Made by a program: the position numbers and the translations under genes. A DNA stretch of 60,984 nt from Patescibacteria group bacterium (GTDB taxonomy: Bacteria > Patescibacteriota > Microgenomatia > UBA8517): NCBI GenBank assembly GCA_036381415.1, contig DASVCV010000005.1:1-60984 (forward strand). The letters are read 5' to 3'. The notes under the pieces are model-generated. The model was not told the origin of the DNA and searched no databases. It saw only the letters and a list, made by a program, of their open reading frames with translations. The first letter of the stretch is position 1, and the number at the start of each line of letters is the position of its first letter. Shown here piece after piece: positions 10,207 through 19,498 of this stretch.

Positions 10207-10946
10207 GAATATCTGCAGTTGTAATTACGTTAAATGAAGAAAAGAATTTAGCAAGATGTTTAGCTTCGGTTGCTGACTGGGTTAGCGAAATTGTTGTTGT
10301 CGATTCAGGAAGCACCGACAGTACTATAAAGATTGCAAAGAAATTTGGTTCTAAAATATATACAAGAAAGTTTGATAATTATGCAGATCAGAAGAATTTT
10401 GCGGACAGTAAGGCAAGTTGTGAGTGGATACTATCTTTAGATGCGGATGAGGAAGTTACAGAAGAACTGGCTAGGGAAGTAAAAATTTCAATAGAAACTT
10501 TGGATTGTAATGGGTTTTTGATTCCTAGAAGAAATATCATTTTTGGAAAGGAGATTAAATATACAAGGTGGTCTCCCGACAAGCATGTTTGGCTATTTAA
10601 AAAAAGTAAGGGTAGTTGGCTAGGGGGAGTGCATGAAGAAATAAGAATAGATGGCAAAGTTTGTGTATTAAAAAATGCAAAAATCCATTATTCACATCCA
10701 ACTGTGTTTGATTTTTTTTCAATGCTTAACTCATACACTGACTTAGAGGCAAAGAGAAAGATACAAAATGGTGAGCATTTTTCACTATTTAAAATGTTTT
10801 TTGACCCTTTAAAGTCTTTTATAGGAAGGTTTGTGTATAAAAAGGGATTTTTGGATGGATGGCGTGGTTTTGTGCTTTCATACTTAATGGGAATTTATAG
10901 AATGGTAACTTGGATAAAAATATGGGAAAAACAAAAGGGAAATTAA
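10203..10946 (+). CDS. GT2-like glycosyltransferase
   Basis: ISAVVITLNEEKNL ... VVDSGSTDST ... SLDADEE. ATGA overlap with the upstream gene. Confidence 0.65.
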   Translation: MRISAVVITLNEEKNLARCLASVADWVSEIVVVDSGSTDSTIKIAKKFGSKIYTRKFDNYADQKNFADSKASCEWILSLDADEEVTEELAREVKISIETLDCNGFLIPRRNIIFGKEIKYTRWSPDKHVWLFKKSKGSWLGGVHEEIRIDGKVCVLKNAKIHYSHPTVFDFFSMLNSYTDLEAKRKIQNGEHFSLFKMFFDPLKSFIGRFVYKKGFLDGWRGFVLSYLMGIYRMVTWIKIWEKQKGN

Positions 10947-12379
10947 TTTATATCATATTATTTTTTGCATTTTTGGTTAGGCTTATTGGCCTTAATCAAA
11001 GCCTTTGGCTTGATGAGGCAATAGGAGCTATTGCTGCCAAGAATTTTACCTATACACATTTACTGACCAACTTTTTGAAGGTCGACAATCACCCGCCGCT
11101 TTATTATCTACTGTTGAAGTTTTGGACAAGAATTTTTGGATATTCTGAAATTTCATTAAGAATGCCATCAGTACTATTTGGTGTTGCAACTATTTATGTA
11201 GTTTATTTAATAGCACGAAAGATTAGTCAGAGAAGATATATTGCATATCTTGCAGCATCCTTTTTGTCATTTTCTTCCTTTTTTATCTATTACTCTCAGG
11301 AAGCAAGAATGTATGCAATGGCTGCTTTTTTTGCGGCTTTAGCTTTCTACGCATTCATAAAACTTTTGGAGAAGTCTGAGAATGTTTGGTGGGCAGTTTT
11401 TTCAGCCAGCTTAACTTTTCTTGTATTTACTGATTACATGCCTATCTTTTTGCTTCCAGTATTTTGGATTTGGTCTATGTATGCAAAGAGAACTGATCAT
11501 AAATGGATAAGCAAGTTTGTAGTATCACACCTTCCAATTGTTGGTATTGGAATATTTTGGCTACCTATATTTTTAGCTCAGAAAGAAGGTGGAGCTTGGC
11601 TACTTGCAACTGTGCCTAACTGGAGAAAAATAGCAGGGGGAGCAAATTTAAAAGAAATTATATTGGTGTGGACAAAATTTGTTTTTGGAAGAATTTCATT
11701 AGTTAATAAAAAAATGTACTATTTATTAATTTTTGGAGCTTCTATTCCAGTTGTGCTTTCACTATTAAAAGCATTAAAACCAAAGAGGAACGTAATTGTA
11801 TGGATGTGGTTTATTATACCGATGTTGGGAGGACTTTTTGCCTCAATTTTCTTCCCAGCCTTTATTTATTTTAGATATTTATATATTGTTCCAGCATTTT
11901 ATTTGTTAATTGCTATGGGGATTTTTGGATATAAGAATAAAAAAGTAGAAGCAATACTTATTGGGTTAATAATTATATTTAACATTTTAAGCTGGTTTAT
12001 CTATATAAAAGATAGAACACAGCAAAGAGAAGAATGGAGGCAGGCAACGGAGTATGTTGAAAGCAAAGGAAATAAAGATAATATTGCCCTATTTGAATAT
12101 CCAGACCCATTTGCTCCTTACAGATGGTATATGAAAGGTAGGATAGAAGCCCGGGGTGTACTAGACTCCATTATTGTGATGGATTCTAATAAAGTAAAAA
12201 GCTTAGTTGATGATGCGGTAAGAAATAAAAAAGAAGTTTATCATTTTGAATATTTAAGAGATTTGTCAGACCAGCAAAGATTGGTTGAGGAGAGATTAAG
12301 GCAGGATGGGTTTGTGGTAGATAGCCAAAATGGAGATTTTGTGGGGGTAGGTATTATAACTAAGTGGGTAAGAAGGTAA
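10910..12379 (+). CDS. GT-C glycosyltransferase, family 39 (ArnT/PMT)-like
   Basis: Polytopic membrane protein. The N-terminal LWLDEA...HPPLYY pattern is typical of the first periplasmic loop of ArnT/PMT_2 enzymes. C-terminal soluble domain. Alternative start at ATG 10922. Confidence 0.65.
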   Translation: MDKNMGKTKGKLIYIILFFAFLVRLIGLNQSLWLDEAIGAIAAKNFTYTHLLTNFLKVDNHPPLYYLLLKFWTRIFGYSEISLRMPSVLFGVATIYVVYLIARKISQRRYIAYLAASFLSFSSFFIYYSQEARMYAMAAFFAALAFYAFIKLLEKSENVWWAVFSASLTFLVFTDYMPIFLLPVFWIWSMYAKRTDHKWISKFVVSHLPIVGIGIFWLPIFLAQKEGGAWLLATVPNWRKIAGGANLKEIILVWTKFVFGRISLVNKKMYYLLIFGASIPVVLSLLKALKPKRNVIVWMWFIIPMLGGLFASIFFPAFIYFRYLYIVPAFYLLIAMGIFGYKNKKVEAILIGLIIIFNILSWFIYIKDRTQQREEWRQATEYVESKGNKDNIALFEYPDPFAPYRWYMKGRIEARGVLDSIIVMDSNKVKSLVDDAVRNKKEVYHFEYLRDLSDQQRLVEERLRQDGFVVDSQNGDFVGVGIITKWVRR

Positions 12380-12384
12380 ATAAA

Positions 12385-13752
12385 ATGAGTATTAAAAAGA
12401 TATTAGGAATAATAATTTTATTAAATATTGCCGGACTTTTGGCTATTAATTTTTTTCCTTACCCTGAAAACTTTGTATATCCATATTTGACCAGCCATGG
12501 ATTAATCCCCTATAAGCAAATATTTGACCAACATTTCCCAGGCCTTCTTTTTTTCCCAATTAATTTCTACAGTTTGGGGATGAGGACACCTGAAGACGCG
12601 AGGTTTTGGCTACTTGCAACTGTAGTTATAAATCACATACTTATTTTTCTACTATCAGGAAAATTGTTTAAATCAAAATGGTATATTCTTCCCAATTTAT
12701 TATATGCCGTATTTCAGCCATTTTTTGAGGGTTATGTACTTTGGATTGACTCTATTGCTCCAATATTTTTGCTAACTGGCGCTTATTTTTTAATAACTAA
12801 AGATAAAGAGGAGTTAAAGATTAGACATTATTTATTGTCAGGATTGTTTTTAGGTATTGGAATTGTTTTTAAACAGATATTTTTACCAATAGTGGGGTTG
12901 GTATTTATTTATCTGTTTTTGAAAGAGAAAAACAAATCTAAAGCACTGGCTTTTTTAATTTTTCCTACAATACTTACTTCCCTATTATTTATCTACATGA
13001 AGGGGAGGGGAGTTTGGGATGATTTCTGGTTTTGGACAGTTAAATTTAATGCAACAACTTTTGCAAAATTTGGAAGAAAATATCCAAGTGTTGGTGAATT
13101 AGCAAAAACAAGTTTAGTCTTTGGTTTTGGATTAGTAAGTTGGGTTTATATAATTTTAAAGGATTGGTCGCACAATAAAGTGGTACTTGGATTGTTTCTT
13201 GTGGGTGGCCTTATGTTTGCATATGCCAGATTTGACTTTGTGCACTTACAGCCAGCTTTGCCTTTTGCTGTTTTAATTATTAGTTTGTTTTTAGAAAAAG
13301 TTCCTAAAAATAAATATTTATTGAAAGGAATAGGTGTTTGGGTATTAATAACAGGTCTAATTGTTATTAGATTTTATAAAATGAATGTAGGGAATAGTGT
13401 GTACTTTTTTGGAGATAAAGAGGCAAAACTCAGCCAAGAAGTAGAAAAATATGCCAAACCAGGCGAGAGTGTTTTTGCATTTGCTACTACCCCTGCAATT
13501 TATCCTATGACTAATACCCTTCCTTCAGGACATATCTTTGTATTTGATTTCCCCTGGTTTATGATGGAGGCTCAAACTAGAGTTCTTTTGGGATTAGAAT
13601 CTGATCCACCTAAGGTGGTTATTAAGGATGACAATGCAATTATAGATGGTATGAAGTTTATAGACTACATGCAGGATATAAATATCTATATAGAAAAGAA
13701 ATATAAGACAGTGGGTACCATAGACGGAATTAAGATAATGATCCCCAGATAG
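12385..13752 (+). CDS. Polytopic membrane protein, second GT-C-like candidate
   Basis: About 10+ hydrophobic helices followed by a ~110-aa soluble tail. Start placed at ATG 12385, preceded by AAGAAGG; the track gives GTG 12364. Function inferred from architecture and context only. Confidence 0.4.
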   Translation: MSIKKILGIIILLNIAGLLAINFFPYPENFVYPYLTSHGLIPYKQIFDQHFPGLLFFPINFYSLGMRTPEDARFWLLATVVINHILIFLLSGKLFKSKWYILPNLLYAVFQPFFEGYVLWIDSIAPIFLLTGAYFLITKDKEELKIRHYLLSGLFLGIGIVFKQIFLPIVGLVFIYLFLKEKNKSKALAFLIFPTILTSLLFIYMKGRGVWDDFWFWTVKFNATTFAKFGRKYPSVGELAKTSLVFGFGLVSWVYIILKDWSHNKVVLGLFLVGGLMFAYARFDFVHLQPALPFAVLIISLFLEKVPKNKYLLKGIGVWVLITGLIVIRFYKMNVGNSVYFFGDKEAKLSQEVEKYAKPGESVFAFATTPAIYPMTNTLPSGHIFVFDFPWFMMEAQTRVLLGLESDPPKVVIKDDNAIIDGMKFIDYMQDINIYIEKKYKTVGTIDGIKIMIPR

Positions 13753-13815
13753 GTATAAATATGGTAAGAAAGATCTTGGCTCCATCTAACGGATCAGATG
13801 TAGTAAAATTGAAGA

Positions 13816-14910
13816 GTGAAAGTTGGAATTGATATATCACAGATTGTGTATGGGACAGGTGTTTCTTCCTATACAAAAGAGCTTGTCAGAAAGATCCTAG
13901 AGATTGATAGAGAGGATAGATTTATCCTTTGGGGTGGATCCTTAAGACACAAGGAAATTATCAGGCAATATGCCTTTTCTTTAAAAGGAAACTTTGAGTT
14001 AAAGATTTCTCCCCTTTCCCCTAATATGGCTGATTTTATGTGGAATAGGATGCATAAAATTAATGTAGAAAGATTTGTTGGAAAGGTTGATGTTTTCCAT
14101 TCATCTGACTGGACCCAACCACCTACTCGTGCTTTTAAAGTTACAACTGTTCATGATTTAGCTCCTCTTAAGTTTCCAAAACTAACTCATCCAAGGATAG
14201 TTGCAGTACATAAAAGAAGACTTTACTGGGTGGTCAATGAAGTAGATAGGATTATTGTTCCATCTATTAGTACTAAGGAAGATCTTATAAAAGTAGGGGG
14301 AAAGGAAGAAAGAATAGTTGTTATTCCAGAAGCAGCTGGAGATGTGTTTAAACCACAGAGTGAGGAAGCCATTAATGCAGTTAAGACTAAGTATGGAATA
14401 AAAGAAGATTACATAATGACTGTTGGATATGGAGAGAGAAAAAATACTAGAAGGTTAATAGAAGCATATGGAAAAGTAAAAAGAAAAAATTTGAAACTTG
14501 TTATAGTTGGAGGAGTAAGAAAAGAAAGTTTAGAAAGGGGTGTTACATATACTGGTTATGTGTCAGATAGTGATTTGGCAGCATTTTACAGCGGCTCACG
14601 AGGGCTAATCTATCCATCCATCTATGAGGGGTTTGGACTTCCAGTTCTACAAGCTTTTAGCTGTGACTGTCCTGTTGTAACTTCTAATACATCAAGCCTT
14701 CCTGAAGTTGCTGGAGAAGCAGCAGTATTAGTTGATCCAGAAAACATTAATTTAATTGCTGAAGGAATTGAGGAGGTTTTAGTAAGACCTAGCAAGTGGA
14801 TTAAGAAAGGAAGGGTGCAGGTAAAGAAGTTTTCTTGGGAGAAGGCGGCCAGAGAAACACTTAGAGTTTATAGAAGCGGATTTCCGAGCGGAGAAAAGAT
14901 TTCCGCATAA
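13816..14910 (+). CDS. GT4 glycosyltransferase
   Basis: GTG start. EGFGLPVLQAFSCDCPVVTS GT4 signature. Family resemblance to ORF 21560..22675. Confidence 0.75.
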   Translation: MKVGIDISQIVYGTGVSSYTKELVRKILEIDREDRFILWGGSLRHKEIIRQYAFSLKGNFELKISPLSPNMADFMWNRMHKINVERFVGKVDVFHSSDWTQPPTRAFKVTTVHDLAPLKFPKLTHPRIVAVHKRRLYWVVNEVDRIIVPSISTKEDLIKVGGKEERIVVIPEAAGDVFKPQSEEAINAVKTKYGIKEDYIMTVGYGERKNTRRLIEAYGKVKRKNLKLVIVGGVRKESLERGVTYTGYVSDSDLAAFYSGSRGLIYPSIYEGFGLPVLQAFSCDCPVVTSNTSSLPEVAGEAAVLVDPENINLIAEGIEEVLVRPSKWIKKGRVQVKKFSWEKAARETLRVYRSGFPSGEKISA

Positions 14911-14918
14911 CAAAGATT

Positions 14919-16136
14919 ATGGAAGAACCTAAAACAGTATATATTGGAATAGATGGCAATGAAGCAAACATCGCCATGAGAGTTGGAGTTAATGAGTACG
15001 CATATCAGATCTTATGGGGATTATGGAGATTAATTAGTTACACGCGTGAAAAGCAAATTGTGCCCAAAGATAGGGAAAAAGCCTATTCTGAAAAGGTGAC
15101 CAAACCTATAGTAATTACTGTTTTTCTGAAGTACCCCCCTCAGCCTCACATGCCACCTGCAAGTGATAACTTTAGATATAAAGTATTAGGTGGAGGAGGT
15201 ATGTGGATTGTCACCCGTCTCATGCCGCACTTGTTTATGAGTCATGATAGGCTAGATGTCTTCTTTACGCCTAGTCACTATATACCACCCTTTGCTCTCC
15301 AGCCTCGCGTGTGCTCAATAATGGACCTTGGTTACCTTGTATTTTCGGGCCAATTTAGAAAAAGAGACTATTGGCAGTTACGTTTGTGGAGTGCTTGGTC
15401 AATGGCTAGGTCAAAAAGAGTGTTGGCCATATCATCAAGCACAAAGGATGATATTGTACGACACTATCCAGGCTACTTATCAAAAATAGTAGTCACACCA
15501 CTTGGGTATGATGCATCCACCTACAATGAGAGACGTAGTAGAGAGGATATTAGGCATATAGAGGAGGTCAAGAAGAAGTACTCTATAGTAAATAATTATA
15601 TTTTGTTCTTGGGTACCCTTAAGCCAAGCAAAAACATAGAAGGGTTAGTCGAAGCCTGGGGAAAAATTGTCAACAAATATTCTGATTTTACCCTTGTTAT
15701 TGGTGGAAAAAGAGGGTGGCTCTACGATACAATTTTTTCAAAAGTGAAAAATTTGGGGCTCACTGGCCGAGTTGTATTTACTGATTACTTAAATGAGGAA
15801 GACAAAGTTTCTCTTATAAAAGGGGCACATGTTTTTGTAATACCATCTTTCTGGGAAGGGTTTGGAATTGATGCATTAACATCTATGGCAAGCGGAGTGC
15901 CAGTTGTTGCAGGAGACAGAGGAAGTTTGAAAGAGGTGGTAGGAAATGCTGGACTATTGGTGAATCCCAAAGACACAGATGATATTGCAAATAAAATATC
16001 AGAAGTTTTGGGGATGAGCAAAAAGGAATATAATAGAATAGTTGTGAAAGGTCTTGAGAAAGCAAAAGAGTTTTCTTGGGAAAAGACAGCAAAGGTTACT
16101 TTAGAAACTTTGGTAGAAGTTGCAGAAGGAAAATAA
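14919..16136 (+). CDS. GT4 glycosyltransferase
   Basis: EGFGIDALTSMASGVPVV signature. The N-terminal half is visibly more GC-rich than its neighbours. Confidence 0.75.
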   Translation: MEEPKTVYIGIDGNEANIAMRVGVNEYAYQILWGLWRLISYTREKQIVPKDREKAYSEKVTKPIVITVFLKYPPQPHMPPASDNFRYKVLGGGGMWIVTRLMPHLFMSHDRLDVFFTPSHYIPPFALQPRVCSIMDLGYLVFSGQFRKRDYWQLRLWSAWSMARSKRVLAISSSTKDDIVRHYPGYLSKIVVTPLGYDASTYNERRSREDIRHIEEVKKKYSIVNNYILFLGTLKPSKNIEGLVEAWGKIVNKYSDFTLVIGGKRGWLYDTIFSKVKNLGLTGRVVFTDYLNEEDKVSLIKGAHVFVIPSFWEGFGIDALTSMASGVPVVAGDRGSLKEVVGNAGLLVNPKDTDDIANKISEVLGMSKKEYNRIVVKGLEKAKEFSWEKTAKVTLETLVEVAEGK

Positions 16137-16139
16137 ATT

Positions 16140-16732
16140 ATGAAAGATAAAAACGGAAAAAGATTAACACTGGGTGAGACAATTAAAAAAATAATAAACC
16201 GCTTCTACAATTATTTTTTAGATTTTGAGTTAATGATACTTAGATGGTCTGGCAATATTCCATTCCATACAATTAGAAAATTTATCTACAGACTTGCTGG
16301 AGTAAAATTGGCAAAGGGTCAGCAATACACATGTGGGCAAATTTTTTTAACCCAGCAAATGTTGAGATAGGGGAAGACACTATTGTTGGAGATCATGTGT
16401 TTTTTGATGGAAGAGCAAAACTTAAGATTGGAAACCACACTGATGTTGCATCCCAAGTTTTAATTTATAACTCGGAGCATGATTTAAACAGTATGGAGTT
16501 TAAAGCAAGAGAGGAAAGTGTTGAAATTGGAGATTATGTCTTTATAGGACCAAGAGTGATAATTATGCCGGGAGTGAGAATTGGTAATGGTGCAGTTGTA
16601 GCAGGGGGAGCTGTGGTTACAAAAAATGTAGAGGATTTTAAAATTGTAGGAGGAGTTCCTGCAAAAGAAATAGGAGAGAGAAAAAATAAAAATCTTTCAT
16701 ATAGACTAGGCCGTGCAAGACTATTCCAGTAA
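16140..16732 (+). pseudogene. Hexapeptide-repeat (left-handed beta-helix) sugar O-acetyltransferase, split by a 1-nt frameshift
   Basis: ORF 16140..16370 ends ...RKFIYRLAGVKLAKGQQ. The next frame is open from 16277 and reads ...KIGKGSAIHMWANFFNPANVEIGEDTIVGD... continuing into ORF 16331..16732 with hexapeptide repeats. One extra A in the A4 run at 16304-16307 would give RLAGVKIGKGSAIH, the usual family N-terminus. Confidence 0.7.
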
Positions 16733-17239
16733 ATGGCTAAAGCTTTCAAAATTGTATATATAATAGTATCTGTTCTGTTTTTGGTGTATTTGATACTTCC
16801 TGCTCCTAGTTTTCCTTATCCTCCTTCAAACTCGTCACAATCTGATGAGCCTGCGGATACTGAGTCTAGTTTAAGAAGGGCATACTTTACCGATTCTACT
16901 AGGGAAGAAGTAATACAAAACTACATGACACAGTTTAGAAGTGGTGTTCTTCCTACACTTAGGCTTAATCTTCCCCCTGAAGATGCCCAGACAGTTATTA
17001 GGGATCAAACCAGAAGCACTTTTTTGGAAGAACTGGTACATCCATTCCGCGAGTCATTCTATATAAATGGTTTTGAACCTAAAGATGAAAAAGACATTAT
17101 TCAGATAAAAGGTGTGAATTGGAGGCAAAAGATTACTGTTAAATATGTCGAAAGCTCTCTTTGGGTAAGACTTGGGATTGCAGTTCCTACCCTTGTACTT
17201 GGCTACTTAATTATCAGGCAGTGGGCAAAGGAAGTGTAA
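16733..17239 (+). CDS. Hypothetical bitopic membrane protein
   Basis: N-terminal TM (IVYIIVSVLFLVYLIL) and C-terminal TM. ATG immediately follows the upstream stop. Confidence 0.45.
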   Translation: MAKAFKIVYIIVSVLFLVYLILPAPSFPYPPSNSSQSDEPADTESSLRRAYFTDSTREEVIQNYMTQFRSGVLPTLRLNLPPEDAQTVIRDQTRSTFLEELVHPFRESFYINGFEPKDEKDIIQIKGVNWRQKITVKYVESSLWVRLGIAVPTLVLGYLIIRQWAKEV

Positions 17240-17241
17240 AA

Positions 17242-18141
17242 ATGGACTTATCTATTGTTATAACAAGCTTCAACACAGAAAACCTTCTAAAGGAGTGTAT
17301 TGAGTCTATTGTTAAACACACTAAGGGAATTAAGTATGAAGTTATTGTAGTTGATAATGCATCAAGTGATGGATCGGTAGCTGCAGCTAAGAGGCTTAAA
17401 GTAAAAGTAATTGAAAGCAAAGAGAATTTGGGGTTTACAAAAGGAAATAATCTGGGCATAGAGGCTGCAAAAGGCAAATATATACTTCTTTTAAACTCAG
17501 ATACTTTAATATCAGATAATACTTTAGGGGAAATAATTAGTTATATGAATGCTAATCCCAGGGTTGGAGTTGCAACATGTGCTTTAAAAAACAAGGATGG
17601 CAGTTTGCAGGGAACTGGAGGCTATTTTCCAACACTAATAAGAGTATTTTCCTGGATGACAATTGGAGATATTCCATTTGTTGACTTAATAATTAAGCCG
17701 TTTCATCCAATGCATGAGAAATCCCTTTTTAAAGGAGATGGCTTCTATAAAAAGGAAAAGGATTTAGATTGGGTGACAGGAGCATTTCTATTAGGAAGGA
17801 GAGAGGTTTTTGAACAAAATAAAGGCTTGGATGAAGACTATTTTATGTACGGGGAGGATGTAGATTTTTGTTTTAAGGCTAAAAAAAGAGGATGGAAGGT
17901 GAAGTACTTGCCACAATTTAGCATTACTCATTATGGAGGAGCAAGCTCAACACGCGAGTTTCCACTCCTTTCTGAATATAAAGGAATTAAGATTTTTTAC
18001 AAAAAGCACTATCCATCCTGGCAGTATCCGATACTTCGAATACTATTAAAAATTGGATCTTTAGGTAGAATGGTAGTGTTAGGGTTATTGGAAGGAGGAG
18101 AATCAGCAAAAATATATGCAAAAGCTTTTGGACAGGCTTAA
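17242..18141 (+). CDS. GT2 glycosyltransferase (rhamnosyl/galactosyl-transferase-like)
   Basis: DLSIVITSFNTENLL ... VVDNASSDGS ... NLGFTKGNN ... LNSDT ... GEDVDFC. Start moved to ATG 17242, 2 nt after the upstream stop. Confidence 0.8.
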   Translation: MDLSIVITSFNTENLLKECIESIVKHTKGIKYEVIVVDNASSDGSVAAAKRLKVKVIESKENLGFTKGNNLGIEAAKGKYILLLNSDTLISDNTLGEIISYMNANPRVGVATCALKNKDGSLQGTGGYFPTLIRVFSWMTIGDIPFVDLIIKPFHPMHEKSLFKGDGFYKKEKDLDWVTGAFLLGRREVFEQNKGLDEDYFMYGEDVDFCFKAKKRGWKVKYLPQFSITHYGGASSTREFPLLSEYKGIKIFYKKHYPSWQYPILRILLKIGSLGRMVVLGLLEGGESAKIYAKAFGQA

Positions 18142-19489
18142 ATTTGATAGTTTGATTAAATATGGAATAGCTGCAATTTTAATTGCAGTTCCTCTATATC
18201 CTAAATTTCCTTTCTTAAATATTCCTGGAACTTATGTATCTGTAAGACTAGAAGACTTTCTAATTATGGTAGTAAGCATTATTTGGGGAATATCTATAAT
18301 TCCGCGTATTAAGTATGTATTTAAAGATAAGGTAAATATTGCCATTTTTCTATTTTTTGCAGTTAGTTTAGTTTCTACTATTTCAGGAATATTACTTACT
18401 CAGACAGTAGTTGCACATATTGGACTACTTCATTGGCTAAGAAGAGTGGAGTATCTTATTGGATTTTTTATAGCTTCGACAACTCTTAGGTCTGAAAAAG
18501 ATTTGATATTTTACATAAAAAGCATTGCACTAGTTGTTGTGGTTGTTTTTGTATATGGATGGGGTCAAAAATACTATACTTGGCCAGTAATTACTACCCA
18601 AAATGATCAGTTTTCCCAGGGAATAGCGCTTAGATACATGCCTGGAGGTCATCTAGTGTCAACTTTTGCAGGACACTACGATTTAGCTTCATTTGTAATA
18701 TTGGTTGCTCCTATTTTTGTAGCGCTTCTTTTTGCAAGCAAAGAATCTTTACGTGAGGTATTGAAGGATAAAAGATTAGTTATTACAAAAGGAGCTCTTA
18801 TAGCTCTTATTCTTATGTCTTTTTGGTTGGTTGCAAATACAGCCTCAAGAATTTCATCCATGTCATTTTTGATTAGCCTTTCCCTTGCTCTTATTTTCGT
18901 AAGAAAAGTTAGATTGATTCCAATAGTGGTTATATTAGGATTTTTATTCTTTTTCCTAACAAGCAACTTGGTTGGAAGATATCTGGAAATATTTAATGTT
19001 GTAGTTAAAAAGGTCACAGGGCAGGTTCACATAGTCAAAGATGCATATGCACAAGAAAGAAGGTTGAATGCACTTACTCCCACTCCTACACCAATTCCTG
19101 TCTTACAAGATCTTTCAACTTCAATTAGGCTTAATGTTGAGTGGCCAAGAGCCTTAAGAGCTTTTGAGAAGAATCCGCTTTTAGGGACTGGGTTTTCTTC
19201 TATTACTCTAGCTACTGATAATGATTACTTAAGAACAATAGGAGAATTGGGAGCTTTGGGGTTTGCAAGCTTAATGCTTCTTCTTTTTAGGATTGTGAGA
19301 GGTTTAATTAAAAGGCTTCCAATTCCTAAGACAATTGATATTAAGTCAGCCTATATGGTTGGTATAATTGCTGCGCTTCCAGGAGTGTTTATAAATGCAG
19401 TGTTTATAGATATTTTTGAAGCTTCAAAATTTGCAATTATGTTTTGGATATTAGTTGGTTTTTGTTTTTCCAATTTTGAGAGGAAATAA
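18116..19489 (+). CDS. O-antigen ligase/polymerase-like (Wzy_C family) membrane protein
   Basis: Polytopic, with a large loop containing NPLLGTGFSS, a pattern typical of O-antigen ligase-like proteins. Confidence 0.6.
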   Translation: MQKLLDRLKFDSLIKYGIAAILIAVPLYPKFPFLNIPGTYVSVRLEDFLIMVVSIIWGISIIPRIKYVFKDKVNIAIFLFFAVSLVSTISGILLTQTVVAHIGLLHWLRRVEYLIGFFIASTTLRSEKDLIFYIKSIALVVVVVFVYGWGQKYYTWPVITTQNDQFSQGIALRYMPGGHLVSTFAGHYDLASFVILVAPIFVALLFASKESLREVLKDKRLVITKGALIALILMSFWLVANTASRISSMSFLISLSLALIFVRKVRLIPIVVILGFLFFFLTSNLVGRYLEIFNVVVKKVTGQVHIVKDAYAQERRLNALTPTPTPIPVLQDLSTSIRLNVEWPRALRAFEKNPLLGTGFSSITLATDNDYLRTIGELGALGFASLMLLLFRIVRGLIKRLPIPKTIDIKSAYMVGIIAALPGVFINAVFIDIFEASKFAIMFWILVGFCFSNFERK

Positions 19490-19498
19490 TCCCTTCGT

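Noticed and set aside
16302-16310. Programmed -1 ribosomal frameshift in the acetyltransferase gene
   Set aside because: The site (G GUA AAA UUG) is not a canonical X XXY YYZ slippery heptamer, and I see no downstream stimulatory hairpin. A 1-nt deletion or variant in the A-run is the simpler explanation.
16331-16732. Independent translation of the 133-aa C-terminal acetyltransferase fragment from ATG 16331
   Set aside because: The reading frame is already open and family-like (KIGKGSAIH) for 54 nt upstream of that ATG. No SD or promoter precedes it, so it is treated as part of a disrupted gene.
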